This document shows, piece by piece, positions 1 through 7,811 of a DNA stretch of 13,990 nt. The stretch is taken from positions 1 to 13,990 of the forward strand of contig JAUQYZ020000073.1 of assembly GCA_030587475.2 (NCBI GenBank). Reading direction: 5' to 3'. Each line of letters begins with the position of its first letter. Positions within the stretch are counted from its first letter, which is position 1. Below the pieces are notes generated by a model that saw only the letters and a program-made list of their open reading frames with translations, did not search any database and was not told where the DNA came from. The stretch is from Candidatus Sigynarchaeum calidifontis (GTDB lineage: Archaea; Asgardarchaeota; Lokiarchaeia; Sigyniarchaeales; Sigyniarchaeaceae). Both the position numbers and the translations under genes were made by a program.

Positions 1-89
1 TGTTTCGTGCGTTGGTATTGATTGAGCCCGATGTAGATGGACTTTATAAAGGGGATTACAGAGAGAGAGATGATAATCGACGATGCCAT
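1..89 (-). CDS. Partial CDS (5' end), probable membrane protein running off the left edge
   Basis: Not in the ORF track. Minus-strand ATG at 89 reads MASSIIISLSVIPFIKSIYIGLNQYQRTK to the window edge. Hydrophobic N-terminus, divergent from the gene at 271. Confidence 0.4.
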   Translation of the reverse strand, partial: MASSIIISLSVIPFIKSIYIGLNQYQRTK

Positions 90-217
90 TGTCGTGTCCT
101 TGCTAGTTGGATACCTGGTTGTATGGTTGTATATTCTACTTCATCCACATCTTGCAAGTAATATCGAATGGAACTTTACCTATCCGTATGAGCGTTTTGG
201 AGCTGTTGTAGTATTAC

Positions 218-266
218 CGAAATCAATTTATAAATCGCCATGTGCATATAAATAATCATTTGGTGA
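218..266 (+). promoter_or_regulatory. Archaeal promoter (BRE/TATA) and SD for the 271-1456 operon
   Basis: CGAAATCAA followed by TTTATAAA (227-234). GGTGA at 262-266 lies just upstream of ATG 271. Confidence 0.55.
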
Positions 267-270
267 TGAT

Positions 271-678
271 ATGGAGAAAACAACGTTGAGCACCCTGGTC
301 TCGCTCGGCAAGCCAATCACCCTTCCCGCGGCAGCGAAGACGGTCGTGAAGAAAAAGAACGCGTTGCTAATCATTCCGGATTCTGGTAAAAAAATCTTGC
401 TCTTTCCGACTGATTCAGATAACATCGTGAAAATCAGCCTCGAGTTACGATCTAAGGGTCTTTCTCCATTGTTTTTCAACGAGGTCGGCCGCATCACCAA
501 GGGTGACCTGGGCGTGGAAATCCTATACACGAGCGGATTGTGCTTCGCGGAAGAAAAATGCGAATGGCAGGGCTTTTTCGAGGATGCAGACAAGTTCAAA
601 GCCCCTGAAGAGGTCAAAAAGAAATTTGCAGCCATTGATGGCGTAAACAAGGTGGATATCGAATTCATAAAGCTCTGA
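271..678 (+). CDS. Putative AbrB/SpoVT-like + ACT-domain regulator (135 aa)
   Basis: N-terminal GKPITLP...LLIIPDSGKKILLFP resembles a swapped-hairpin AbrB segment. C-terminal KISLEL...GVEILYTSG...EWQGFF...IDGVNKVDI fits a beta-alpha-beta-beta-alpha-beta ACT pattern. Good SD. Confidence 0.6.
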   Translation: MEKTTLSTLVSLGKPITLPAAAKTVVKKKNALLIIPDSGKKILLFPTDSDNIVKISLELRSKGLSPLFFNEVGRITKGDLGVEILYTSGLCFAEEKCEWQGFFEDADKFKAPEEVKKKFAAIDGVNKVDIEFIKL

Positions 679-697
679 GAGAAGGGACTTCGTTCTT

Positions 698-1456
698 ATG
701 GTACAGAAACGCAAAGCGCTGCTGCTGCACCCGATCCGGAGGGAGATCTTCAAGATCATAGTGGAATCGCCAGGGTCATACTTTTACGATCTCACCAAGG
801 CGTTCGGCGACGAGTCCACGAATCCCTCGAGCCCGGCCACTGTCCAGTGGCATCTGCGCAAGCTCATCAACGCAGGGCTCATCGACACGGTCAAGCACGG
901 CGGGAAGCGCGTCTATTACCCGAAGGGGCTTCGCGACAAGGACGTGGAGAAGGCATACACGATCCTCCGCAACAAGACGGCCAAGGAGATCTTCCAGTTC
1001 ATCGTGAACAATGAGAACGCATACCAGAAGCAGATCGCGTCGGCGATCCGCGACGGCGTCCACCATGACACGGTACGCTGGCACACGCAGCGGTTGGCGG
1101 AAGTTGGCCTCATCGAGGAGCGCAGCGAGGGCCGAATGGTCAAGTACTCGATCGGCACGCTCGGCAAGAAGCTCCTCGACGGCTCGTTGAACGTGCTCAA
1201 GGAGAACTTCATCTATCACCTGACCTCCGTCCTGAAGGAAAACTGCTTGTACCCGACGATACAGGAACAAACGAAAGACAAGCTGCTCATCCGCATCGCT
1301 TGCCCCGGTTCCGATGACATCGAGCTGTCCATCAAGCTATCGCAATGGAGCCTCGATTCCATACCCGACGAGGAAGAAGGTGATGTTAGCGAGGCTGAAG
1401 ATGGGGAGGACGATGACGAGGGTGACGACGCGGACGAGTACTCGGGAAAAAAGTGA
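698..1456 (+). CDS. Transcriptional regulator with two tandem winged-HTH (ArsR-like) domains and an acidic tail (252 aa)
   Basis: HPIRREIFKII..SPG...TVQWHLRKLINAGLI and LRNKTAKEIFQFI...TVRWHTQRLAEVGLI...GRMVKY. D/E-rich C-terminus. Starts 19 nt after the previous gene. Confidence 0.85.
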   Translation: MVQKRKALLLHPIRREIFKIIVESPGSYFYDLTKAFGDESTNPSSPATVQWHLRKLINAGLIDTVKHGGKRVYYPKGLRDKDVEKAYTILRNKTAKEIFQFIVNNENAYQKQIASAIRDGVHHDTVRWHTQRLAEVGLIEERSEGRMVKYSIGTLGKKLLDGSLNVLKENFIYHLTSVLKENCLYPTIQEQTKDKLLIRIACPGSDDIELSIKLSQWSLDSIPDEEEGDVSEAEDGEDDDEGDDADEYSGKK

Positions 1457-1478
1457 GGGGAACTCCCTAGTTTTTTGA
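1456..1478 (+). terminator. Short hairpin plus T-tract after the wHTH gene
   Basis: AGGGG-AAC-TCCCT then AGTTTTTT directly after the stop codon. Confidence 0.45.
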
Positions 1479-1550
1479 TATTTGAACTCGTTTCTCGCAA
1501 AGCCACTAAAAATGGAGATTAAACGAGAGATCAACGCGGGCCTCTCCCGG

Positions 1551-2045
1551 TTATTTCTGATCGTTCGCGCGCGCCTTGATGAGATCGATCAAAGCCCTTG
1601 CCGATGCCTCGGGCCCGCTGCGTTCATAGCCAGGTAAACCGAGCCGCGTGCGCATCTGGCCAACGAAGATACCTGCCTTGAAAAATTGCTCGAAGTATCG
1701 TCGTGCAATCGCCTCATGCAATTCCTTGTACTCGGGCGGGCCGAAGATGTTGGCGAAATACGCATGCGTGAAACCGGTCGAAGTGGTGGTGCCCTTGCTC
1801 ATTGCCGCGCCGTCACGAAATACCTTTAAAGCTTCCTCAAGCGCGAAAAATTGCTCGATTACCGAGTATTTCTCATCGATCTGCTCGTAATTGTTAGTGT
1901 ATAATATGAAATCGATTTTCGTGCCTTGCGTGACACCTTACAGCGAGGTCTCTGGGATTATGAAGCGGGTATTAACGCCATTCGGATTTATGATGATCGT
2001 CCGGTCGATCTGGCCAAACGCGGCTTCGAGGGACAAGTCGTCGAT
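1551..2045 (-). pseudogene. C-terminal remnant of an alternative PEPCK-like protein (family annotated as PEP carboxykinase in anaerobic bacteria), with an in-frame stop
   Basis: The frame of the 83-aa ORF extends upstream as IDDLSLEAAFGQIDRTIIINPNGVNTRFIIPETSL*GVTQGTKIDFILYTNNYEQID...ALKVFRDGAAMSKGTTTSTGFTHAYFANIFGPP...VGQMRTRLG.PGYE..GPE. In-frame TAA at 1940-1938 and TGA at 2075-2073; no N-terminal domain. Motifs match my recall of that family's C-terminus. Confidence 0.7.
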
Positions 2046-2380
2046 GCTTGTTGCACTCGAATTCGGGGGATGTCATGCATGATAAAAAAAGACCATCTTT
2101 ATAACAACAAGACCTTTTTGTTTGAGAAAGGCTGAGACCACTAATAGGCTAACTCCCTTTGTATTCATTGAGATTACATTTATCTTCCTAACCCGTTCCC
2201 AGTCGCGTGTTTAAATTAGTTGTTTTCGATCTCACTATTGTCGATGTGAGGGCACGTGTTAACCTTGTTTTAGACATCGATAGTCAGAAGGGATCCCGAG
2301 GAGAACTCGAACAGAATCTTTTTATGTTTCCTTCTGATTCAGCATTCCAATCCTTGCATTTAATGCAAAGGGGTTCCAGT

Positions 2381-4330
2381 ATGGCAGACAAACTCGCTCC
2401 CACCATCGAGAAGCGGTTTGACGCGGCGTCCTTGAAGAAGATTGGTGCCTTGAAGAACGACGCGCTCGTCGCCTTCTTGAATAAGTACATAGACCTGTTC
2501 AATCCAGACTCCGTGTTCGTTTGCGATGGCACCGAAAAGGATAATGATGTCATCCGTGCGGAGGCCATCAAGAACAACGAGGAAATACAGCTTCCAGGCA
2601 AGCACACTCTACATTTCGAAAATTACTACGATCAAGGCCGTGACAAGGGAAAAACTCGATTCTTGCTTCCCAAGGGGGTCGTCCTCGGCCAGGCCATAGA
2701 CACGATGGACCGGGACGAGGGCCTCAAGGAGATCCTGGGCATCATGAAGGATGCCATGAAAGGCCGGAAAGCGTACGTGTTTTTCTTCGTGCTCGGCCCT
2801 GTCAATTCTGAATTCTCGCAAATGGCGGCGCAGATCACGGATTCGTCGTACGTTGGCCATTCTGAGATCATTTTGTATCGCGCCGGCTATGACATGTTCA
2901 AGAAAAATCCTGATAAACCTTTTTTCAAGTTCGTTCACACCCAAGGCGAGTTGCAGACCTTCAATTTCAAGCTTGGTGGCAAAGACATCGTCTACAAGGT
3001 TTCCAAGAACATGGACAAGAAGCGCATCTACATCGACCTCCAGGACGAGACCGTTTTTTCCGCGAACACGCAATACGCGGGCAACACGGTCGGCCTGAAG
3101 AAGCTTGCCATGCGCCTCGCCATCCAGCGTGGTGCCAAGGAAGGTTGGCTCACCGAGCACATGTTCCTCATGGACGTCTTCGGCCCCAAGGGGCGGGTCT
3201 CCTACTTCACGGGCGCGTACCCGTCGATGTGCGGTAAAACTTCCACGGCCATGCTCACGGGCGAGAAGATCGTCGGCGATGATATCGTCTACATCCGTAA
3301 CAAGGGTGGCAAGGCATACGCAGTCAACGTCGAGAAGGGCATCTTCGGCATCATCGAGGGCGTTAACGCGAAAGACGATCCACTGCTGTTCAAGAAATTA
3401 CTCGACAAAAACACGGAGATCATCTTCTCGAACGTGCTGCTCAAGGAGGACATGTCGGTCTACTGGAACGACATGGACAAGAACCCGGCACCCACGACGG
3501 GCATCAACTATGCCGGCGAATACAAGGCTGGCATGAAGGGGCCCGATGGGGCCGATGTCAAGCCCTCGCACAAGAATGCACGGTTCACGATTGCACTCGC
3601 GGCGCTCGAGAACGCCGACACGGCCATGCTCGAAAACAAGGAGGGCGTTCCCGTGGCAGCATACATTTATGGCGGCCGTGACATAGATACATCCGTGCCC
3701 ATCGAGGAATCATTCGATTTCGACCATGGTATCGTGTTTCAAGGCGCGTTTCTCGAATCGGAGACGACTGCTGCGACCGTTGGCAAGGCAGGCGTGCGCA
3801 CGATCAACCCGATGTCGAACATCGACTTTTTAAGCGTGCCCCTGGGGAAATACATCAAGATGAACCTCGACTTCGGCGCGGGCCTCAAGGTGAAACCCAA
3901 GATCTACCGCGTCAACTACTTTCTCCAGGATGAGCAAGGCAAGTGGCTCAACGAGAAGACCGACAAAGCCGTCTGGCTCAAGTGGGCCGAGCTGCGGGCT
4001 GCCGGGGAGGTCGATGCCATCAAGTCGCCGACCGGCTTGATCCCCAAGTACGAGGACCTCGCGAGGCTGTTCAAGGAAGTTCACAAGAAAGAGTATTCCA
4101 AGGCAGATTACATCAAGCAGTTCAGCATTCGCGTGGACAAGCAGCTCGAGCGCCTCGCGCGCGTCAAGGCCTATTACGAGACCGAGGACAAGTGGATCCG
4201 CGCCAACTCGAAAGACGAGAGCAGTTACGTGCCCGCGATCGTCTTCAAGATCCTCGCCGAGGAGGAAAAATTGCTTGGCGAGGCGAAGAAAAAGTACGGT
4301 GCTCTCGTCTCCCCGGAGAATCTGATTTAA
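2381..4330 (+). CDS. pckG: Phosphoenolpyruvate carboxykinase (GTP), archaeal/Thermococcus-like type (~649 aa)
   Basis: YAGNTVGLKK, WLTEHM, P-loop GAYPSMCGKTSTAM, VGDDI, NARF, YGGRD and NPMSNIDF motifs. Start moved to ATG 2381 (MADKL) because the ORF-track extension from 2207 is AT-rich and structured. Confidence 0.95.
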   Translation: MADKLAPTIEKRFDAASLKKIGALKNDALVAFLNKYIDLFNPDSVFVCDGTEKDNDVIRAEAIKNNEEIQLPGKHTLHFENYYDQGRDKGKTRFLLPKGVVLGQAIDTMDRDEGLKEILGIMKDAMKGRKAYVFFFVLGPVNSEFSQMAAQITDSSYVGHSEIILYRAGYDMFKKNPDKPFFKFVHTQGELQTFNFKLGGKDIVYKVSKNMDKKRIYIDLQDETVFSANTQYAGNTVGLKKLAMRLAIQRGAKEGWLTEHMFLMDVFGPKGRVSYFTGAYPSMCGKTSTAMLTGEKIVGDDIVYIRNKGGKAYAVNVEKGIFGIIEGVNAKDDPLLFKKLLDKNTEIIFSNVLLKEDMSVYWNDMDKNPAPTTGINYAGEYKAGMKGPDGADVKPSHKNARFTIALAALENADTAMLENKEGVPVAAYIYGGRDIDTSVPIEESFDFDHGIVFQGAFLESETTAATVGKAGVRTINPMSNIDFLSVPLGKYIKMNLDFGAGLKVKPKIYRVNYFLQDEQGKWLNEKTDKAVWLKWAELRAAGEVDAIKSPTGLIPKYEDLARLFKEVHKKEYSKADYIKQFSIRVDKQLERLARVKAYYETEDKWIRANSKDESSYVPAIVFKILAEEEKLLGEAKKKYGALVSPENLI

Positions 4331-4404
4331 TCAATCATCTCTCGTGTTCTTCGTTACTTTCTATACTTTTTTGGGCACGTGACAGCGTGCACCTGTTCGA
4401 GATC

Positions 4405-5265
4405 TCACGGGAAGAACTCGTCCAGGCTCTTGTAGGATTTCTGCTTCTTCTGGTTCTTGCCCGCCTTGATCTCCAGCAGCGTCGGTGGGAAGTCATCGGA
4501 CATGATCCGCTGCCGCACGATCCGCTCGTAGTGCGAGAAAAATTTTTCGAACCCGATGCCCTTCCGCTTGTAGTGCCGGCACACCTTGAGCGTCGTGCCG
4601 CTGCCAAGGAAGGGATCGAGCACGGTATCGCCCTCCGCGGTCGTCGCGAGCACCATTGCTTGCGAGAGCTGCGTCGGGAACGGCGCCGGGTGCTGGATCC
4701 CGCCGTCGTCGTCGCCAGCCTTTGTCTCGTTGCGGTCCGTGATATGGCTGATATACCACACGTTGCCCACGATCGCCCATTCGTTATTCCATTTTTCCTT
4801 GAACCGGACGATATCCTTCACGAACCAGAACACGTACTCGAAAAGAGGGAAAAAGCGTATCTTGTCGACGTTTGCGGTCGACGGGAAGTGCCATATGATC
4901 TCTTGCTTGAGGTAGAACGGATTATCGTCGAGGATCCAGAAGGGCGGGATCGACACGCCGTCGATGATGCGGGTCTTCATGTTTAGGAAAAAAGAGCCGT
5001 TTGGCTTGAGCACGCGGTGGCATTCCTTGATGACTTGCTTGATAAACGCCCTGTAATCCGCCTCTGGCATATCATCGGAAAAATCACCTGCGTAGCTGCG
5101 ATACTTGCGATCCGCATGGAATCCGCCCAGGTTATAAGGCGGAGACGTCGAGATGTGGTCGATGCTCGCGTCGGCGAGCAGCTTGAACCCGTCCAGGCAA
5201 TCGACCTCGTAGATCAACTGCCCGTCGATGCAGATCGGTTTTATTGGACTGCCGCTGCAAGGCAT
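4405..5265 (-). CDS. Site-specific DNA methyltransferase, N4/N6 family, beta motif order (286 aa)
   Basis: DCLDGF..L, catalytic motif IV TSPPY near the N-terminus, EIIW, HPAPFP, and SAM-binding motif I VLDPFLGSGTT followed by GIGFE near the C-terminus. Confidence 0.92.
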   Translation of the reverse strand: MPCSGSPIKPICIDGQLIYEVDCLDGFKLLADASIDHISTSPPYNLGGFHADRKYRSYAGDFSDDMPEADYRAFIKQVIKECHRVLKPNGSFFLNMKTRIIDGVSIPPFWILDDNPFYLKQEIIWHFPSTANVDKIRFFPLFEYVFWFVKDIVRFKEKWNNEWAIVGNVWYISHITDRNETKAGDDDGGIQHPAPFPTQLSQAMVLATTAEGDTVLDPFLGSGTTLKVCRHYKRKGIGFEKFFSHYERIVRQRIMSDDFPPTLLEIKAGKNQKKQKSYKSLDEFFP

Positions 5266-5372
5266 GTGCTTTCATTTAGACATGCCCCGTGCCCGTTTTA
5301 TACCCTTCGATGTGTTATGCCCGTGTTATTTTCCCTCATTAAAGCGGGATGGTGGGTTCTCCGAGATACCAC

Positions 5373-6716
5373 ATGGTCATCACCCGACAACTCGCGGTTC
5401 CGAAGCCATCATCGGCCGTTCGGAAGGCGAACGAGCTCTACGCGGAACTGGAGAAAACATTTCCCGTCGTAGACGCGTCTTTTTACAAGGACCTTGTCTG
5501 CCCGAAGAATTGGAAAGATCATCCCTACGATCGCTGGTTCAAGCTCAAGGAGGGATATTCCTCCTACATGATCGAGCACTTGCTCAAGGAATTCAAGGCT
5601 CGCCCGGAGGACTGGGTGCTTGACCCGTTCCTCGGCTCGGGCAGCACGATCGTCGGGGCGCGGAATGCCCGCGTCAAGGGCGCCGGCTTCGAGGTGAACC
5701 CGTTCCTCGCCCGGCTCTCCGAGGTCAAGATGCACGGGGGATACGATGCACAAGCGCTCCGGGCGCGGGTGGATAGCTTGTTCCGGGCAGTTGCCGAGCA
5801 GCGCCCCATCGAGATCGGGATGCCGGCCCTCACGATCACGGAGAAGCTGTTCCGCGAGCAGCTAGACACGCTGCTCCGCATCAAGCAAGACATCTGGGCG
5901 GAACCGGATCCGCGCGTGCGTGATTTTCTCGCGCTCGGGCTTGGCTGCATTCTCGAGCGATGCAGCTATGCCCGGAAGGACGGCAACGGGCTCAAGTATC
6001 CAAAGAGCAAGAAACCCCTCCCGCTCGTCCCTACCCTCGAGAAGCAGTACGATCTCATGATCGCCGATGTCGCCCGCGGGATTCCTGCTATCGACCACAT
6101 CATCGTCAACGCGGACTCCCGGCGGATCCAGGCCAAGGACATCGTCAAGGCGGGAGGTGACATCGCGAACGACTTCCTCGACCACGCACGTTTCTCGATC
6201 TTCTCGCCGCCGTATGCAAACTGCTTCGACTATACCGAAGTCTACAAGATCGAGCTCTGGATGCTCGATTTCATCAAGGACTACCCGCAACTCAGGACAT
6301 TGCGGGAGAGCAGCGTCTCGTCCCACCTCAACAAGCAGTATGACAGAAAGGAGAGTTTCCCGTCGACATTACCCGACCTCGATTATGTCGTCGACTTGAT
6401 CCCGTGGGAGGAGACGTGGGGAAAGTACAAGATGAAAGCCATGGTGCTGCACTACTTCGAAGACTTGAAGGCGGTTTTCACGCGGCTACGCGACATCCTC
6501 GGCGACAACGGTACCGTGGTGTGCATCGTGGGAAACTCGGCGTACGGCAACGTGCCCATCGCGACCGACCTGTTCCTGGCTGAATACTTGCGGGAACTCG
6601 GCTTCGGTAAAGTCATGATCCGGGCTGCCAGGATGCTCGGCACGTCGAGCCAGCAACAAGTCGTGCTGCGGGGCAACCCGTACCTGCGCGAGAGCCTCGT
6701 GATCGCGGCGCCGTGA
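5373..6716 (+). CDS. Site-specific DNA methyltransferase, probably N4-cytosine, alpha motif order (~447 aa)
   Basis: WFKLKEGYS, motif I VLDPFLGSGST, GFEVNP, then catalytic FSPPYANCFDY, IVGNSAY and LRES. Start is ATG 5373 or 5349. Confidence 0.88.
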   Translation: MVITRQLAVPKPSSAVRKANELYAELEKTFPVVDASFYKDLVCPKNWKDHPYDRWFKLKEGYSSYMIEHLLKEFKARPEDWVLDPFLGSGSTIVGARNARVKGAGFEVNPFLARLSEVKMHGGYDAQALRARVDSLFRAVAEQRPIEIGMPALTITEKLFREQLDTLLRIKQDIWAEPDPRVRDFLALGLGCILERCSYARKDGNGLKYPKSKKPLPLVPTLEKQYDLMIADVARGIPAIDHIIVNADSRRIQAKDIVKAGGDIANDFLDHARFSIFSPPYANCFDYTEVYKIELWMLDFIKDYPQLRTLRESSVSSHLNKQYDRKESFPSTLPDLDYVVDLIPWEETWGKYKMKAMVLHYFEDLKAVFTRLRDILGDNGTVVCIVGNSAYGNVPIATDLFLAEYLRELGFGKVMIRAARMLGTSSQQQVVLRGNPYLRESLVIAAP

Positions 6717-6718
6717 AC

Positions 6719-6737
6719 GAAAAAATCAAATTGATTT
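6719..6737. terminator. AT-rich inverted repeat between convergent genes
   Basis: AAATCAA-A-TTGATTT (6723-6737) with an adjacent A-run, in the 36-nt gap between convergent stop codons. Confidence 0.35.
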
Positions 6738-6752
6738 CGAGAAACAAACGGT

Positions 6753-7661
6753 TCATTTCTTTTTCAATTTCTCTTGCATCACGGGATCCGCGTCGAGCTT
6801 GTCAGACGCTTCCTTCATGCGCTGGGCACGCTCCTCCTTGTCACCCAGGGCTGCATCTTGTTGCTTCTGTTTTTCAGCGCGTATGGCGCGGGTAGCGAGA
6901 GCATCTGACTTTGCAAGGACGTCGCTGGCTTCCTTCATGCGCTTTGCACGTCCTTCTTTATCGCCACCGAGCTGGGCATCCTTCGCCTTCTGCATGTCGG
7001 CACGCAGCGCGCGGCTCTGGAGGGCATCGGATTTCTCGAGCGCGGCGCTCGCTTCCTTCATCCGCTTGGCTCGTTCTTCCTTTTCCTCCGGCGTCCCGGC
7101 TTCGCTCTTCTTCTTTTCGACCATGATGGCCTTGCTCTTCATCACGTCCGATTTCTCCAGCTTCTCGCTCGCATCTTTCATCCGCTGGACCCGTTCCTCC
7201 TTGGAGGTGGTGAGCGCTTTCGATGACGCGCGGGCGTGATCCATGGACAAGGCCTTGCGTGCTATCGACGAGTCTATCTGCTCCTGGATGCCCTTGAATG
7301 CCTCCGGGGAGATGTTTATCCGCTTGAGCTGCTCGACCTTCTCCTTCTGGGAAGCGCTTAAAAACGATTTCAAGCCGATCTCCTTGTTCAGCTTGTCGAT
7401 GATCGCGCCGATCTCGCCATCGGTTGGTAGATTCGCCGGGGATTTCGCCATGGATTCTTTTTGCTTGGACGCCATGAAGGCCTTCTCCCCGACGTGCTTG
7501 GAAATGGTTTCCTTGGATTTTTCCATCGTGGAGATCCTGGATTCTTTCGTCTCGGCGAGCTTCTTCTCCATATCTTCTTTCTGGCTCGCGAAGAGCTTTA
7601 ACAACTCGGCTTTCGCTTTCTCTACTTCGATCTTGTCGGGCCGATTATCTTCGTCTGTCAC
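6753..7661 (-). CDS. Lys/Glu/Ala-rich helical protein with C-terminal ~40-aa tandem repeats (302 aa)
   Basis: GTG start, highly charged sequence. Four copies of KE(E/G)R(A/V)(K/Q)RMK(E/D)AS..L...D. Confidence 0.8.
   Translation of the reverse strand: MTDEDNRPDKIEVEKAKAELLKLFASQKEDMEKKLAETKESRISTMEKSKETISKHVGEKAFMASKQKESMAKSPANLPTDGEIGAIIDKLNKEIGLKSFLSASQKEKVEQLKRINISPEAFKGIQEQIDSSIARKALSMDHARASSKALTTSKEERVQRMKDASEKLEKSDVMKSKAIMVEKKKSEAGTPEEKEERAKRMKEASAALEKSDALQSRALRADMQKAKDAQLGGDKEGRAKRMKEASDVLAKSDALATRAIRAEKQKQQDAALGDKEERAQRMKEASDKLDADPVMQEKLKKK
6756..7202 (-). repeat. Intragenic tandem repeat, units of 120/123/120 nt plus a truncated fourth unit
   Basis: Units begin at 7202, 7082, 6959 and 6839 on the minus strand: KEERVQRMKDAS, KEERAKRMKEAS, KEGRAKRMKEAS, KEERAQRMKEAS. 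Confidence 0.9.
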
Positions 7662-7811
7662 GTCGCGTCCCTACCGGGCTAGTCTACGCTTCCGTATCCC
7701 CGATGGGATATTTATGCCTTTGGGAGAATCCATGTATGCTTGTGAGATTCTGGTTCGATCAAATAGGAAAAGGAGGATTGCTTTCTTGCTGCCCTGGAAA
7801 GCATCCATCGA

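Noticed and set aside
58-70. GA dinucleotide run
   Set aside because: Short microsatellite, explained by Ile-Ser-Leu-Ser codons on the minus strand.
37-255. 72-aa plus-strand ORF
   Set aside because: AT-rich, runs through the promoter of the 271 gene, and overlaps a more plausible minus-strand start at 89.
1938-1940. In-frame stop as possible Sec/Pyl recoding
   Set aside because: The codon is TAA, not TGA or TAG, and the gene also lacks its N-terminal part, so decay is the simpler explanation.
2207-2380. 58-aa N-terminal extension of PEPCK in the ORF track
   Set aside because: Starts at a GTG beside the TATA-like box, is AT-rich and stem-forming, and does not resemble PEPCK. ATG 2381 is preferred.
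3943-4986. 347-aa plus-strand ORF as the missing restriction nuclease
   Set aside because: It is an off-frame shadow of pckG and antisense to the MTase. Arg-rich, with no nuclease motif.
6756-7202. Tandem repeats as a CRISPR array
   Set aside because: Units are in-frame, degenerate at synonymous positions, and lack unique spacers. No cas genes are present.
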